A stretch of DNA of 42,671 nt from Bacteroidales bacterium (GTDB lineage: Bacteria > Bacteroidota > Bacteroidia > Bacteroidales > UBA12077). The position numbers and the translations under genes are program-made. Where the stretch lies: contig JANQHR010000082.1 of NCBI GenBank assembly GCA_028282585.1, positions 1 to 42,671 of the forward strand, in the 5' to 3' direction. Below, piece after piece: positions 18,401 through 28,800 of this stretch (its first letter is position 1; each line of letters opens with the position of its first letter). The notes under the pieces are model-generated. The model did no database searches. It saw nothing but the letters and a program-made list of their open reading frames with translations, and was not told the DNA's origin.

Positions 18401-18740
18401 AATTAACTTTCAATACATTAAACGGGTTTTTAATGGTTTAGGTATTGAAAATATTGTAAGGGCACATAATGGGAGAGAAGCAGTTGATATGATAAATGAT
18501 GAAGATGATATTGATTTAATAATGATGGATTTAAAAATGCCAATTATGAATGGATTTGAAGCAACTCAAAAAATCAAATCGATGAAATCAAATATACCAA
18601 TTATTGCACAAACGGCATTGGCAATTCCGGGCGACCGTGAAAAAGCATTAGAAGCAGGTTGCGATGATTATATTGCAAAGCCAATTGATTATGATAGTTT
18701 GTTGAACTTAATTGAAAAGTACATTACTTTAAATGATTAA
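15423..18740 (+). CDS. Hybrid histidine kinase REC-PAS-GAF-PAS-GAF-HisKA-HATPase-REC
   Basis: N-terminal receiver (IEDD, ITDLGLP), NPRILKSG PAS, MSHEVRTPMN, GGTGLGL and a C-terminal receiver (MMDLKMP, IAKP); no TM. Confidence 0.92.
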   Translation: MDKKNYKILLIEDDEGDAFLFKEIISDVKNYKFDITTIKTLKEAISELKGENFELVITDLGLPDSNGIDTFIKLAEHFKHIPIIVLSGLGNEQVALNSIKLGAQDYIVKGEYDAEKMFQTIRYSYGRKKLSNQLLESTDRFKSIAENIQDGLTIIENKKVVYVNNRMTEITGYSLEELKLIYNGDTDIETNLTIFFNQLSDSGNFYGDESLWIKRKDGRRCYLRNRTTVKKTNGRKIEKYISTTDITNNWRNETIKNFVNTITSSINVVENEKDFFKVIYKEVHKIFNDKEICLAITKENQVDFINVKDKKIQIHEFPLHESMCNLLLENQEAKYYNEKELNKLVKEENAKFNGKVPKSWLGASIYSNNKKHGVLILKDFENNSAFNDEDLELVKFIAKQITLAIQKNKSEEKIHQLSLSVEQSPAAVIITNVDGNIEYVNNTFTEVTGYEKNEVLGKNPRILKSGKTTAKTYLDLWQTIGKSETWKGIFINKKKSGEIYYEEAKISPITNHDNKVTHYVAIKEDISERIEKEKELLVAKDKAEESERRIKDLLIEMQIKNTEISELLDGAKKILELSSFKKIAKILFDSCKKLTGAKAGYVALLSESGYENNILFMDNGDNNYNVDPNLAMLVRGLKELAYKKKEVVYDNDINNSEWLKHLPEGHAAMKNVLIAPLIIKNQAVGVIGIANKPTNFTTSDARIVSAFGELASLALFNSQNIEELKEAKEKAEESDQLKSSFLLNMSHEVRTPMNGIIGFSQFLRDPELSSENRIRYINIVNESCQQLLKIIEDILEISKLETQQVEIMNEEFDPEEVTSNIFLEHKEICEQKGIDLNFHCKALKKRKLYSDKIKVVQILKNLLNNSIKFTHEGKIEIGIKDNKEHIKFFVKDTGIGIEPDLKDKIFERFRQAEVAMSRNYGGTGLGLAIAKGYIELMNGKIWVESEKDKGSTFYFELPYQNTKNAITKPMVEDVQEPIISFINAKVLVAEDEEINFQYIKRVFNGLGIENIVRAHNGREAVDMINDEDDIDLIMMDLKMPIMNGFEATQKIKSMKSNIPIIAQTALAIPGDREKALEAGCDDYIAKPIDYDSLLNLIEKYITLND

Positions 18741-18764
18741 TCTGAATTTACTTTATATTAATAA

Positions 18765-21700
18765 ATGCGTATACAAGACCTTTCAAATATAATACTTGAC
18801 AAATTACAAGATGGAATCGTAATAATAGATCAGGAAAAAACTATTCGTTATGCTAATTCTTCGGCGGTTGGAATGTTAGATAAGGATATAAAAGCTCTTA
18901 TTGATACGAAATTTAAGTATCCGGTTTTAAGTCAGGGATATAATGAAGTAGTAATTTCTGCAGGCAATATAGAAAGAAACGTTGAACTTTCTTTTCAAAA
19001 AATAAATTGGAAGAGTAAACCACATACGTTAATTACAATTAAAGATATTACCGAAAACAGACTTTTAGAAAAAGAATTGATAAAAAAGAGTGAAATGTTT
19101 CAATCATTTTATGATTACTCACCCTTGTGCATGCAATCGTTAAATAAAGAAAGTATTATTGTTGATATAAATCCCGCCTGGTCTGATACGCTAGGTTATA
19201 AAAAATCAGAAGTAATAGGAACATTTTTTAAGGATTTATTACACAAAGATTATAAAAATCAGTTTAATGCTAACTATGAGAAGTTCTTACGTACCGGATC
19301 TCAAAAAAATGTATACTACAGGTTAAAAAGAAAAGATGGAACATACATCGGAGTTGAGTTTAACGGAAGCATTGGTTATAATTCAGAGGGAGAGATCGAA
19401 AAAACTTATTGCGTATTTAAAGATATAACAAAGCAGAAACAGGTTGAGAGAGATTTAGAGCATAAAATCGCAATTTTAACTGAAGCAGAAAGAGTTTCAA
19501 AAATTGGTCATTGGGAGTTTGATATGATCAATAATAAGTTTTTCTGGTCGGAAGAAGTTTATAAACTATTTGAAATTGAAAAGGATAAAGTTCAGGAATT
19601 GAGCTTTGAGTTTTTTTTGCAGTTAATTCATCCTGACGACCGAATTCATATTCAAAATGAGTATAGAAATTCAGTTGAAGAGAAAAAAGAGATAATACTG
19701 GAATATAGAATTTATACAACTTTTAAAAAGATAAAGTACATAAAACAAAAGATTAAAACTGAATATGATAAAAAAGGACATCCAATAAAATCATTTGGGA
19801 TCGTAGTTGATGTTACTGAATTAAAGAATACCTCAGATGCTACAAAAGAAAGTGAAGAGTTGTATAGAGAACTCTTTGAATCAGAATCTGATGCATTATT
19901 TTTAATTGAAAACGAAACAGGAAATATTTTAAAAGCGAATAGAGCAGCAGAAAATCTTTATGGATATTCAGTTGATGAATTATTAAAAAAGAAAAATACG
20001 GATTTATCTGCAGAACCTGATAAAACGAGAGATATTACCCTAAAATCACCTATTATTAAAGATAACGTAGTATTTATTCCTTTGCGTTATCATAAAAATC
20101 AAAAAGGAGAGGTATTTCCAGTTGAAATTACAGGACGTTTTTTTGAGTGGAAAAAAAAGAAAGTACATATAGCTGCAATACGAGATATTACAAAGCGTAT
20201 AAAAACTGATGAAGCATTAAAAGAATCCCAGCGCACTTTGTCTGTTCTAATGAGTAATCTGCCGGGAATGGCTTATCGTTGTAAAAATGATAGTAGTTAT
20301 GCAATGTTGTTTGTAAGCGATGGGTGTAAGGAGCTAACAGGGTATGAGCCACATGATTTAATTAACAGTAGATTGATTTCGTATAATAAAATTATTCATC
20401 CTGATTATGAGGCGGCTATAAGAAAAGATATACAGAAAGCGATTAAAGGAAAAAGGCAGTTTCAGTTAGAATATAAGATTAGAACAAGGGAGGGTAAGGA
20501 AAAATGGGTATGGGAAAAAGGTATCGGAATTGAGTCTAAAGATGGAAAAGTAAAATACCTCGAGGGATTTATATCAGATATTAGCGATTTAAAAAGATTT
20601 GAACAGGAACTTGTTAAAGAAAAAGAAAGAGCTGAAAAAAGCGATCAACTAAAATCATCTTTTTTGGCTAATATGAGCCATGAAATTAGAACTCCAATGA
20701 ATGGAATTATCGGCTTTGCCAAGTTATTGTTAAAAGAAAACCTTGATCACCGTAAGAGAAAAAAATACGTAAATATTATAAACAATAGCAGCCAGCAACT
20801 TTTATCCATTATTGGCGATATTCTGGATATCTCAATAATTGAAACAGGAAATGTGAAATTATTCAATACTGTTTTTTCTTTAACCGATTTGTTAGAAACT
20901 ATTTACAACTCTTTTATACCAATAGCAGAATCAAAAAAGCTTGATTTAGTTAGAAAGATTCAAATTCCGCAAAACAAAGATTTAATATTTGCAGATCAGA
21001 TTAAACTTCAGCAAGTTATAACAAACCTTGTGAATAATGGAATTAAGTTTACCGAAGAAGGATCAGTGAGTATTGAATGTAATCTTAAAAAAGATTTATT
21101 TACAATTGCAGTAAGCGATACAGGAATTGGAATTAGTAAGGATAGAATTCACGAGGTATTTGATAGATTTAATAAGGGAGAGATTGATTTAACATATAAA
21201 TACGGCGGAACCGGCTTGGGATTATCTATTTCAAAAGCTTTTGTTGAACTAATGGGAGGAAAGATTTGGGTAGAGTCTGAGAAAAATAAAGGTTCTAAGT
21301 TTTATTTTACTTTACCTTTCAAACTAGCTCACAAAAGAAATATATTAACTCAGTCAATCGAAGAATCAGAAAAAAAAGCCTTGAAAAATGCAAGAATTCT
21401 AATCGTGGAAGATGAATTGATAAATTTTGAGTATTTAAAAGGTTTACTGCAAGAGATCGGAATAAATTACATTATACACGCAGAACAAGGAAAATTGGCA
21501 ATGGAATTTTACAATCAGTACAAAAATATTGATCTGATTTTAATGGATTTAAAGTTGCCTGATATTAGTGGATTTGAGTTGACAAAAAAAATCAGGAAGC
21601 TTGATAAAAATGTTCCAATAATAGTGCAATCAGCGCTGACAACTCCAGAGGATAAAAATAGGGCTTACTTATGTGGTTGTAGTAATTTTATAACCAAACC

Positions 21701-21767
21701 AATAGATGATAAAAAGTTGACAAGTATTATAAAATCATATATATTGAATACTGAATTAAGCTATTAG
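18765..21767 (+). CDS. Hybrid histidine kinase with five PAS domains and a C-terminal receiver
   Basis: Five PAC ends (KDITE, KDITK, VDVTE, RDITK, SDISD), MSHEIRTPMN, GGTGLGL and LMDLKLP; no TM. Confidence 0.92.
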   Translation: MRIQDLSNIILDKLQDGIVIIDQEKTIRYANSSAVGMLDKDIKALIDTKFKYPVLSQGYNEVVISAGNIERNVELSFQKINWKSKPHTLITIKDITENRLLEKELIKKSEMFQSFYDYSPLCMQSLNKESIIVDINPAWSDTLGYKKSEVIGTFFKDLLHKDYKNQFNANYEKFLRTGSQKNVYYRLKRKDGTYIGVEFNGSIGYNSEGEIEKTYCVFKDITKQKQVERDLEHKIAILTEAERVSKIGHWEFDMINNKFFWSEEVYKLFEIEKDKVQELSFEFFLQLIHPDDRIHIQNEYRNSVEEKKEIILEYRIYTTFKKIKYIKQKIKTEYDKKGHPIKSFGIVVDVTELKNTSDATKESEELYRELFESESDALFLIENETGNILKANRAAENLYGYSVDELLKKKNTDLSAEPDKTRDITLKSPIIKDNVVFIPLRYHKNQKGEVFPVEITGRFFEWKKKKVHIAAIRDITKRIKTDEALKESQRTLSVLMSNLPGMAYRCKNDSSYAMLFVSDGCKELTGYEPHDLINSRLISYNKIIHPDYEAAIRKDIQKAIKGKRQFQLEYKIRTREGKEKWVWEKGIGIESKDGKVKYLEGFISDISDLKRFEQELVKEKERAEKSDQLKSSFLANMSHEIRTPMNGIIGFAKLLLKENLDHRKRKKYVNIINNSSQQLLSIIGDILDISIIETGNVKLFNTVFSLTDLLETIYNSFIPIAESKKLDLVRKIQIPQNKDLIFADQIKLQQVITNLVNNGIKFTEEGSVSIECNLKKDLFTIAVSDTGIGISKDRIHEVFDRFNKGEIDLTYKYGGTGLGLSISKAFVELMGGKIWVESEKNKGSKFYFTLPFKLAHKRNILTQSIEESEKKALKNARILIVEDELINFEYLKGLLQEIGINYIIHAEQGKLAMEFYNQYKNIDLILMDLKLPDISGFELTKKIRKLDKNVPIIVQSALTTPEDKNRAYLCGCSNFITKPIDDKKLTSIIKSYILNTELSY

Positions 21768-21784
21768 ATCTAAATAATAATTTA

Positions 21785-24640
21785 ATGGAAAATAAAATTA
21801 ATGCTCTGTTTTATAATTATTCAAGTCAGGATATAAAGAAACTTGCAGAAGAGGTTCAAAAATTTGGATATTTTCTGAACTCTAATAATATCAAGGATTT
21901 GAATAGAGAAATGTTGAGCTTGAAGGATAAATACTGGGATGTGATTGTTTTTGATTATGAGTCTGTTAGAAAAAAATTAGATTCTTTGGTTAAACAACTC
22001 CTTGATTGGAATCCTCAGATGAGCATTTTGTTAGGTTCCGATAAATTCAATGAAAATCTTATTAAAGAGATTAATAAAATTGGCATTAACGACCTGGTTG
22101 TAAAATCAAATTTAAACCAGGTTTGTTTGGGTTTGATAAGGAATTTTGAGAAAACCAAAGTATTGGAGCAGTTTGATTTTACTAAAAAAGAACTATTACG
22201 TAGTCAAAAAACACAAAACGAACACGATCACTTTTTAAATCAAGTTATAGAATCGACATCAAATCCCATTTTCTACAAAGGAAGAGAAGGACGGTACCTG
22301 GGTTGTAATATAGCTTTTGCAGAATTCATAGGATTACCAAAAGAGGAGATTATTGGCAAAACTGTTTTTGATATTGCTCCTAAGGAGTTGGCAAGGAAAT
22401 ATTACGAAATGGATGAGGCATTTTTCAGAAATCCGGTTACTCAGAAATACGAATATAAAGTTGCTAATGTTAACGGTGATATAATGGACGTAATGTTCTA
22501 TAAAACGGCTCTAAGAGATGATGGTGGTAATGTGGTTGGATTATTGGGCCATATGTTCGATGTCACCTTACAGAGAAAGTCTGAAGCAGAAAAATTAAAG
22601 GAAAAAGAAATCGCAGATTTTATTTTGGATACGTCTGATAGAATATATATTACTCTGGACCTAAATGGTAATATAACCAGCGTAAACAAAAAAGCTTGTG
22701 AGACTCTGGAATTAAACAAGGATAAATTATTGGGCACAAATTGGTTCGATAGATTTATACCTGAAGGTGAGATAAAAGAAGTTAAAAACATTTTTCACGG
22801 TATAATTGACGGTTCGATAATTAATGATAAAAAAATTGAAGGAAATATTCTAACTGCCACAAAGAAACGGAAAGCTATATCATGGGAAAATAGACAGATA
22901 CGAGATTCCGGAGGGAAGGTAATAGGGACTTTAAGCTCAGGAAAGGAGTTTAAGCAAAAAGAAAAATTAGCACAAGAGCTTCAGATGAGCGAAAGAAAGT
23001 ACAAAGCATTAGTTGAAAATATGCATGAGGGATTGAGTATTATCGATTTTGAAGAAACGGTTGTTTTTTCAAATGCTTCATTCGATCATATATTTGGATA
23101 TGATGAGGGCGAGATGTTAGGTAAAAATATAAAAGACTTTATAATATCTGAAGATGTACCTAAAATACTTCAGGAAACAAAAAATAGAAAAAATAATATT
23201 AGTTCGCAATATAAATTAGGTATTAAGAGAAAAGACGGTAAAAAAAGAATTATAAAAGTTTCTTCTGTACCATGGATGAATGATAAAGAAGAGATTGTAG
23301 GTACATTGGGATTAGTAATTGATATAACAGCAGAGGAATATTCAACAAAACGACTTGAAAAGAAACTGTTGATTGAGCAATCTATTATTAATATCTCTTC
23401 ACAATTCATTTCGACTGATGATTTCGAATCAAAGTTGGAAGACTCATTAAAGGAATTGCATAATATAATTGAAGCCGAGCGTTACAGTATTCTAGCTATA
23501 AAAAACAATAAGTTAAACCTTGTTTTAAGAAAAAGTTATGGTAATACTTTAAAAGAGCTACCTAAATTGGAAGAAATGGATTATAATCTTTTTGAGTATT
23601 GTTTAAACATGCTTGAATCGCTCGATTTTATTTTTATTGATGATGTATCAAAATTACCGGAACAAGCGGGAGTAGAAAAAGAAACATTTAAAGAGTATAA
23701 TGTTTTTAATTTTCTTGGAATACCTTTTTACTCCGGTACAAAACTTAAAGGATTGTTAGTTATTAGCAATATTTATGAAGTTAATGAATGGACAATAGAA
23801 GATTTATCATTATTAAGAACAATTTCTGATATTATAGGGCACGCCTTTAGTCGAAAAGAAGCTGAAGATAAGGTAAATAAACTAAACAGGGAACTGGTGA
23901 CCAAAAATAAGGAACTGGAACAGGTAGTTTATGTAACATCACATGATATACGCTCTCCGGTTGTTAATATACTTGGTTTTAGTGATGAAATGATAAAAGC
24001 TTTAAATAAATTATCTGATAAAATATTTAATGAAAATAATAAAATCGTAAATAAGGAAGATATAGAGTTTCTTTTAGAAAAAGATATTCCGCACATTTTA
24101 AGCTTTATAAAAATAAGTGGGCAAAAAATTGATAAGTTATTATTGGCATTACTGAAACTGTCGCGTTTGGGAAGGGCAGCAATTAATAAAGTTAATGTAG
24201 ATATGAATCAGTTGATGAGTTCATTGATAAGTACTTTTGAGTACAAAATACACGAGGAGAATATTAACATTGTTGTTGATGATCTACCATCATGTTATAC
24301 TGATGAAGTTCAAATAAACCAGGTGTTTTCAAATTTAATTGATAATGCTATTAAATACCGATCATTAGAAAGAGAGGCTCAGATAAAAATTACAGGAAAG
24401 GAAGTGGGTGATAATATCATTTATTGTGTTGAGGATAATGGTATAGGAATTTCAGAAACAGAATTAGATAAGATATTTGACGTATTTTATCGCATCAATC
24501 CGGAGAATCAGAAAGGTGAAGGAATGGGATTATCTTTAATTAAAAAAACAATTGAACGATTAGATGGAAAGATAACGATAGGGTCAGAAGAAGGAGTTGG
24601 ATCGAGATTTTTTATAAACCTTGAAAAATCAATGGTTTAA
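21785..24640 (+). CDS. Histidine kinase: degenerate REC - 3 PAS - GAF - HisKA - HATPase
   Basis: YVTSHDIRSP, NLIDNAIKY, EDNGIG and GEGMGLS; N-terminal receiver-like region (WDVIVFDY, DLVVK); no TM. Confidence 0.9.
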   Translation: MENKINALFYNYSSQDIKKLAEEVQKFGYFLNSNNIKDLNREMLSLKDKYWDVIVFDYESVRKKLDSLVKQLLDWNPQMSILLGSDKFNENLIKEINKIGINDLVVKSNLNQVCLGLIRNFEKTKVLEQFDFTKKELLRSQKTQNEHDHFLNQVIESTSNPIFYKGREGRYLGCNIAFAEFIGLPKEEIIGKTVFDIAPKELARKYYEMDEAFFRNPVTQKYEYKVANVNGDIMDVMFYKTALRDDGGNVVGLLGHMFDVTLQRKSEAEKLKEKEIADFILDTSDRIYITLDLNGNITSVNKKACETLELNKDKLLGTNWFDRFIPEGEIKEVKNIFHGIIDGSIINDKKIEGNILTATKKRKAISWENRQIRDSGGKVIGTLSSGKEFKQKEKLAQELQMSERKYKALVENMHEGLSIIDFEETVVFSNASFDHIFGYDEGEMLGKNIKDFIISEDVPKILQETKNRKNNISSQYKLGIKRKDGKKRIIKVSSVPWMNDKEEIVGTLGLVIDITAEEYSTKRLEKKLLIEQSIINISSQFISTDDFESKLEDSLKELHNIIEAERYSILAIKNNKLNLVLRKSYGNTLKELPKLEEMDYNLFEYCLNMLESLDFIFIDDVSKLPEQAGVEKETFKEYNVFNFLGIPFYSGTKLKGLLVISNIYEVNEWTIEDLSLLRTISDIIGHAFSRKEAEDKVNKLNRELVTKNKELEQVVYVTSHDIRSPVVNILGFSDEMIKALNKLSDKIFNENNKIVNKEDIEFLLEKDIPHILSFIKISGQKIDKLLLALLKLSRLGRAAINKVNVDMNQLMSSLISTFEYKIHEENINIVVDDLPSCYTDEVQINQVFSNLIDNAIKYRSLEREAQIKITGKEVGDNIIYCVEDNGIGISETELDKIFDVFYRINPENQKGEGMGLSLIKKTIERLDGKITIGSEEGVGSRFFINLEKSMV

Positions 24641-24692
24641 GTTTATAAATTGAAATAAGTTTAGTACATTTAAGGATAAATAAACTAATAAA

Positions 24693-25817
24693 ATGACACA
24701 TTATACTCCAGATTCACAATATACCATTCTTGTTGTCGAGGACGATGTTGGATTACAATATTTAATAAAATCAAAACTAGAAGAGGAAAAGTACAATATT
24801 ATTACTGCAGTTTCCGGAGCCGAAGCGATGGATTTTATTAAGACACAAGATGTGTATTTAATGTTATTGGATTATAAGCTAGCTGATATTACCGGGAAAG
24901 AGTTATTACAAAATCTAAGCAAAGAAAATATAGAAATTCCATTTATTTTCATGACAGGTTTTGGTGATGAAAGGATTGCTGTTGAGATAATGAAATTAGG
25001 GGCCAAGGAATATCTTGTTAAAACCGGCGATTTTCTAAATCAAATCAATGTTATTGTCAATCGTATTATAAAGGAAATTGAGAATGATGAGAAATTAAAG
25101 CGAATGCAGAAAGAGGTGGAAAGCTTAAATAACATGAAAACTCATTTTCTTAATATGATAAGCCAGGAAATAAGAACACCCCTAACGGGAATATCCGGAG
25201 CATTGCACCAACTCAGAAATCAGGAATTTTCTTCAACTATTAGGGAACTTTTAGAAACACTGCAAAATTCGGTTCAACGTTTAGATGATTTTGCAAGTAA
25301 AACTATTCTTTCCACACAGTTAAGTTCAGGGAGGTATCAACTAAATATATCGGATCTCAATGTAAAAGAACTAATTCAGTATTGTTACCTGGAACTTACC
25401 AATGAGATAATGGACAAACAAATTGAGATTGTAGAAGATGTAGATCCGAACCTGGTTATAAAAGGAGATCGTGATTTAATGTATAAAGCATTTTTATATT
25501 TAATTGATAATGCTATTATTCTTACAAATCCGCAAACATCAGTAGATATAAAATTAGAGAAGGTCAATGGGTATATTAAATGTTCAATTCTTGATCATGG
25601 CGATATTGAAATTGAAGATCCGGAAGACCTGTTGATGAATCCATTTCTAGCTTCAAATCAAGATCTTTTGGGTAATTTCGGTTTAAGCCTGTTTTTGATT
25701 AATCAAATTGTAGAAAAACACGCCGGAAAGATTAAAATAAAAAGTCCAAAAGATGCAGGAATGCTTATTGAGCTTTATTTTAATCCTGACAAATTAATCA
25801 TAGAAGACAATGAATAA
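24693..25817 (+). CDS. Receiver domain fused to a pseudo-histidine kinase (H-box His replaced by Gln)
   Basis: Intact receiver (VEDD, LLDY, FMTG, YLVK); H-box reads MISQEIRTPL; eroded G boxes (DHGDIE, NFGLSL). Confidence 0.85.
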   Translation: MTHYTPDSQYTILVVEDDVGLQYLIKSKLEEEKYNIITAVSGAEAMDFIKTQDVYLMLLDYKLADITGKELLQNLSKENIEIPFIFMTGFGDERIAVEIMKLGAKEYLVKTGDFLNQINVIVNRIIKEIENDEKLKRMQKEVESLNNMKTHFLNMISQEIRTPLTGISGALHQLRNQEFSSTIRELLETLQNSVQRLDDFASKTILSTQLSSGRYQLNISDLNVKELIQYCYLELTNEIMDKQIEIVEDVDPNLVIKGDRDLMYKAFLYLIDNAIILTNPQTSVDIKLEKVNGYIKCSILDHGDIEIEDPEDLLMNPFLASNQDLLGNFGLSLFLINQIVEKHAGKIKIKSPKDAGMLIELYFNPDKLIIEDNE

Positions 25818-28800
25818 AATATTAATAGAATATATAATTCGTTTGTTTTCAATAATCTCTAACATTTATTCCTCTGTTCCGAGTACAAATGTAAAAGATT
25901 TTATATCATCCATTTTAAAGAAAGAATTTGGTAAAGAAGCAGTAAAAGATTTTGTATCTCAATTTGAGTTGAATTACTTAAAATATAAAGAAATAAAATC
26001 AGAAAATAAGGAGGCACTTAAAGATATACTAGTGAGATTAACAAGAGAAGTTAATGATAAGCTGCCTCAATGGGAGCGATTTGTAATATTAATTAGATTG
26101 CTGCTTTTTAATAAATTTCTTTTGCGATATCCTTTTCACAAAAGCGAAAGCCAGATTCGATTATCTGACTTACTAAAGGAAATAGCTTCTGAGTTGAATA
26201 TTGATGATAATGAGTATAAAAACTGTAAATCATTCGTAGAAGAAAAACTATATAACTTAAAAGAGAAGGAAAACTTATTACTACTTTGCGAAAAAAAGCC
26301 TTTTAATATAGAAATTAGTTTTTTTGAGAAAGACGGTTTTAAGGGGCAGCTTTACTTTCTGATAATTAAAAGCATAAAACTGATTATTTTTTATTACAAG
26401 GGTAAAGAAAATATACAATTTAATAATCAGATTATATTCCCTGAAAATATTTACATACTTCCCAAAGGTGCTTCAATCAAGGGAGAACATATTGAACCGA
26501 TATATTACAATCAGATTCTAAGACATTTTTTGTCTGAAGAAACGGTACAATTATTTTTTGAGGCTAAAGATGTTGATTTCAGGTTTAAAAATAGTAAAAA
26601 TGGAATCCATGATTTAAAAGCAAGTATTAAATCAGGCCAGATAATTGGCATAATAGGGCGTAGTGGTGTTGGAAAATCTACTTTACTAAGTTTGTTAAAC
26701 GGAACTCTTTTACCACAAAAGGGACAAGTTACTATAAACAAATTTGATATAATAGAAGATCAGGACAAACTCGAAGGGCTTATCGGGTATATTCCTCAAG
26801 ATGATCTTCTTGTTGAGGAACTGTCTGTTTTTAAAAACTTATACCTAAATGCTAAACTTTGTTTTGGAGATCTTACAAATGAGAAGATAGAAGAAAAAAT
26901 AAGTCAATTGCTTAAAGACCTTGACTTATATGACGTAAAAGACCTAAAGGTTGGTAGTCCGTTGAACAAGTTTATAAGCGGAGGACAGCGTAAGCGATTA
27001 AATATTGCCCTGGAGTTGGTTCGAGAACCTTATATTTTATTTGCCGATGAACCAACTTCAGGATTATCATCATCTGATTCTGAAGAAATCATGCAATTGT
27101 TTACAGAGCAAACTATTAAGGGGCGGATTGTGGTAATGAATATACATCAACCTTCATCTGATACTTTTAAATCGTTCGATAAAATTTTATTACTTGATAA
27201 AGAAGGGTATCCGGTTTATTTTGGTAATCCGGTAGAATCAATTCCATATTTTAATAAACTTGCGGAAAGTTTTGTAACAGTAGCTGATAGTTGTCAAACT
27301 TGCGGAAATATAAATCCGGAATCAATATTTAAAATTCTTGAAGAAAGAAAAGTAAATAAAAAAGGAGAGTTTGTAAGTTTTCGAAAAGTTAAACCCAACG
27401 AATGGCATCAGCATTATCAGGAACAAATAAAATCAATTAAAGAATCGATTGATATAAAGAAAGAGATTCCAAAAATTACATTTAACAGGCCAAATTTCTT
27501 AAAACAATTTCTAATTTTTAGTGAACGTAATTTTTTATCAAAATTTGCTAATAAACAGTATGTATTATTAGCATTTCTGATAACACCCTTATTGTCAATA
27601 ATTCTTTCATTATTGTGTAAACACACAAGTTCAGATTTCAATCATTATGTTTTATATGGAAATGAGAACATTCCGGCTTATCTTTTTATGGCAGTTATTG
27701 TTGCATTATTTGTTGGTTTAATTATTAGTGCGGAAGATATTTATCGCGATCGAAAAATACTTAAACGAGAAGCTTTCCTTAAGCTAAATAAAATAAGTTA
27801 CCTAAAATCAAAAATTCTTTTCTTATTTATTTTAAGTGCTATTCAGGCTTTATTATTTGTAATATTAGGTAACTGGATACTCGGAATTAAAGGGATGATA
27901 TTTTACTATTGGATCATTCTTTTCTCAACATTTTGTTTTGCAAACGTTGTTGGATTGCTTATATCATCATTGTTTAACTCAATTGTTGTAATTTACATAC
28001 TGGTGCCGTTATTTATAGTTCCTCAAATATTATTAAGTGGAACCATGGTTGAATATGACAAACTAAACTCTAAAGTAATAAGTGATGAATATGTTCCTTT
28101 TGTTGGTGATATAATGGCCTCACGATGGGCTTATGAGGCTATTGTTGTCTCTCAGTTTGAAAAAAATAAGTATCAGAAGAAGTATTATAAATATGACCAA
28201 CAGGATAGTTATGCACGTTTTAATGTTTTATTCTTAATTCCGGAATTAAAAGATGCTGTTGATATACTTAGAGATGGTTTAAGAGATGGTAATATTAAAG
28301 AGTTAGAGGATCACTATAAATTATTGATTTATGAACTTGGAAAGACTAGTTCCAGACCTTTCTCCGATCTTAAGAAACTAAGATTTGATGAGTTATCTGT
28401 TGAAATGTTGAATTCTATTGAAAATTATCTAAATCAGTTGAACTCAGAATTAATAGAGATTGTAAATAACGTATCTTACGAGAAGGATAGTATTACTCAT
28501 GAACTAATTTCCAAACTGGGTGATATTGAAAGTTATAATAATTTTAAAAACAGGAATTCGAATAAAAGCATAAATGAATTGGTTTTAAGGAGACAAACTT
28601 TTAAACCATTTATAAAAAACAATAATAAGATTATCAGAAAAATTGAACCAATTTATCATGTTCCGGGATCAAAGATTGGGAGATCTCATTTTTTCGCGTC
28701 TGAGAAAAAATTAGGTTCGTTAACCATAAATACAATAAGCTTTAATATAATTGTTCTTTGGTTTATGACACTATTTTTTTGTATCTTTTTAATCATTTTG

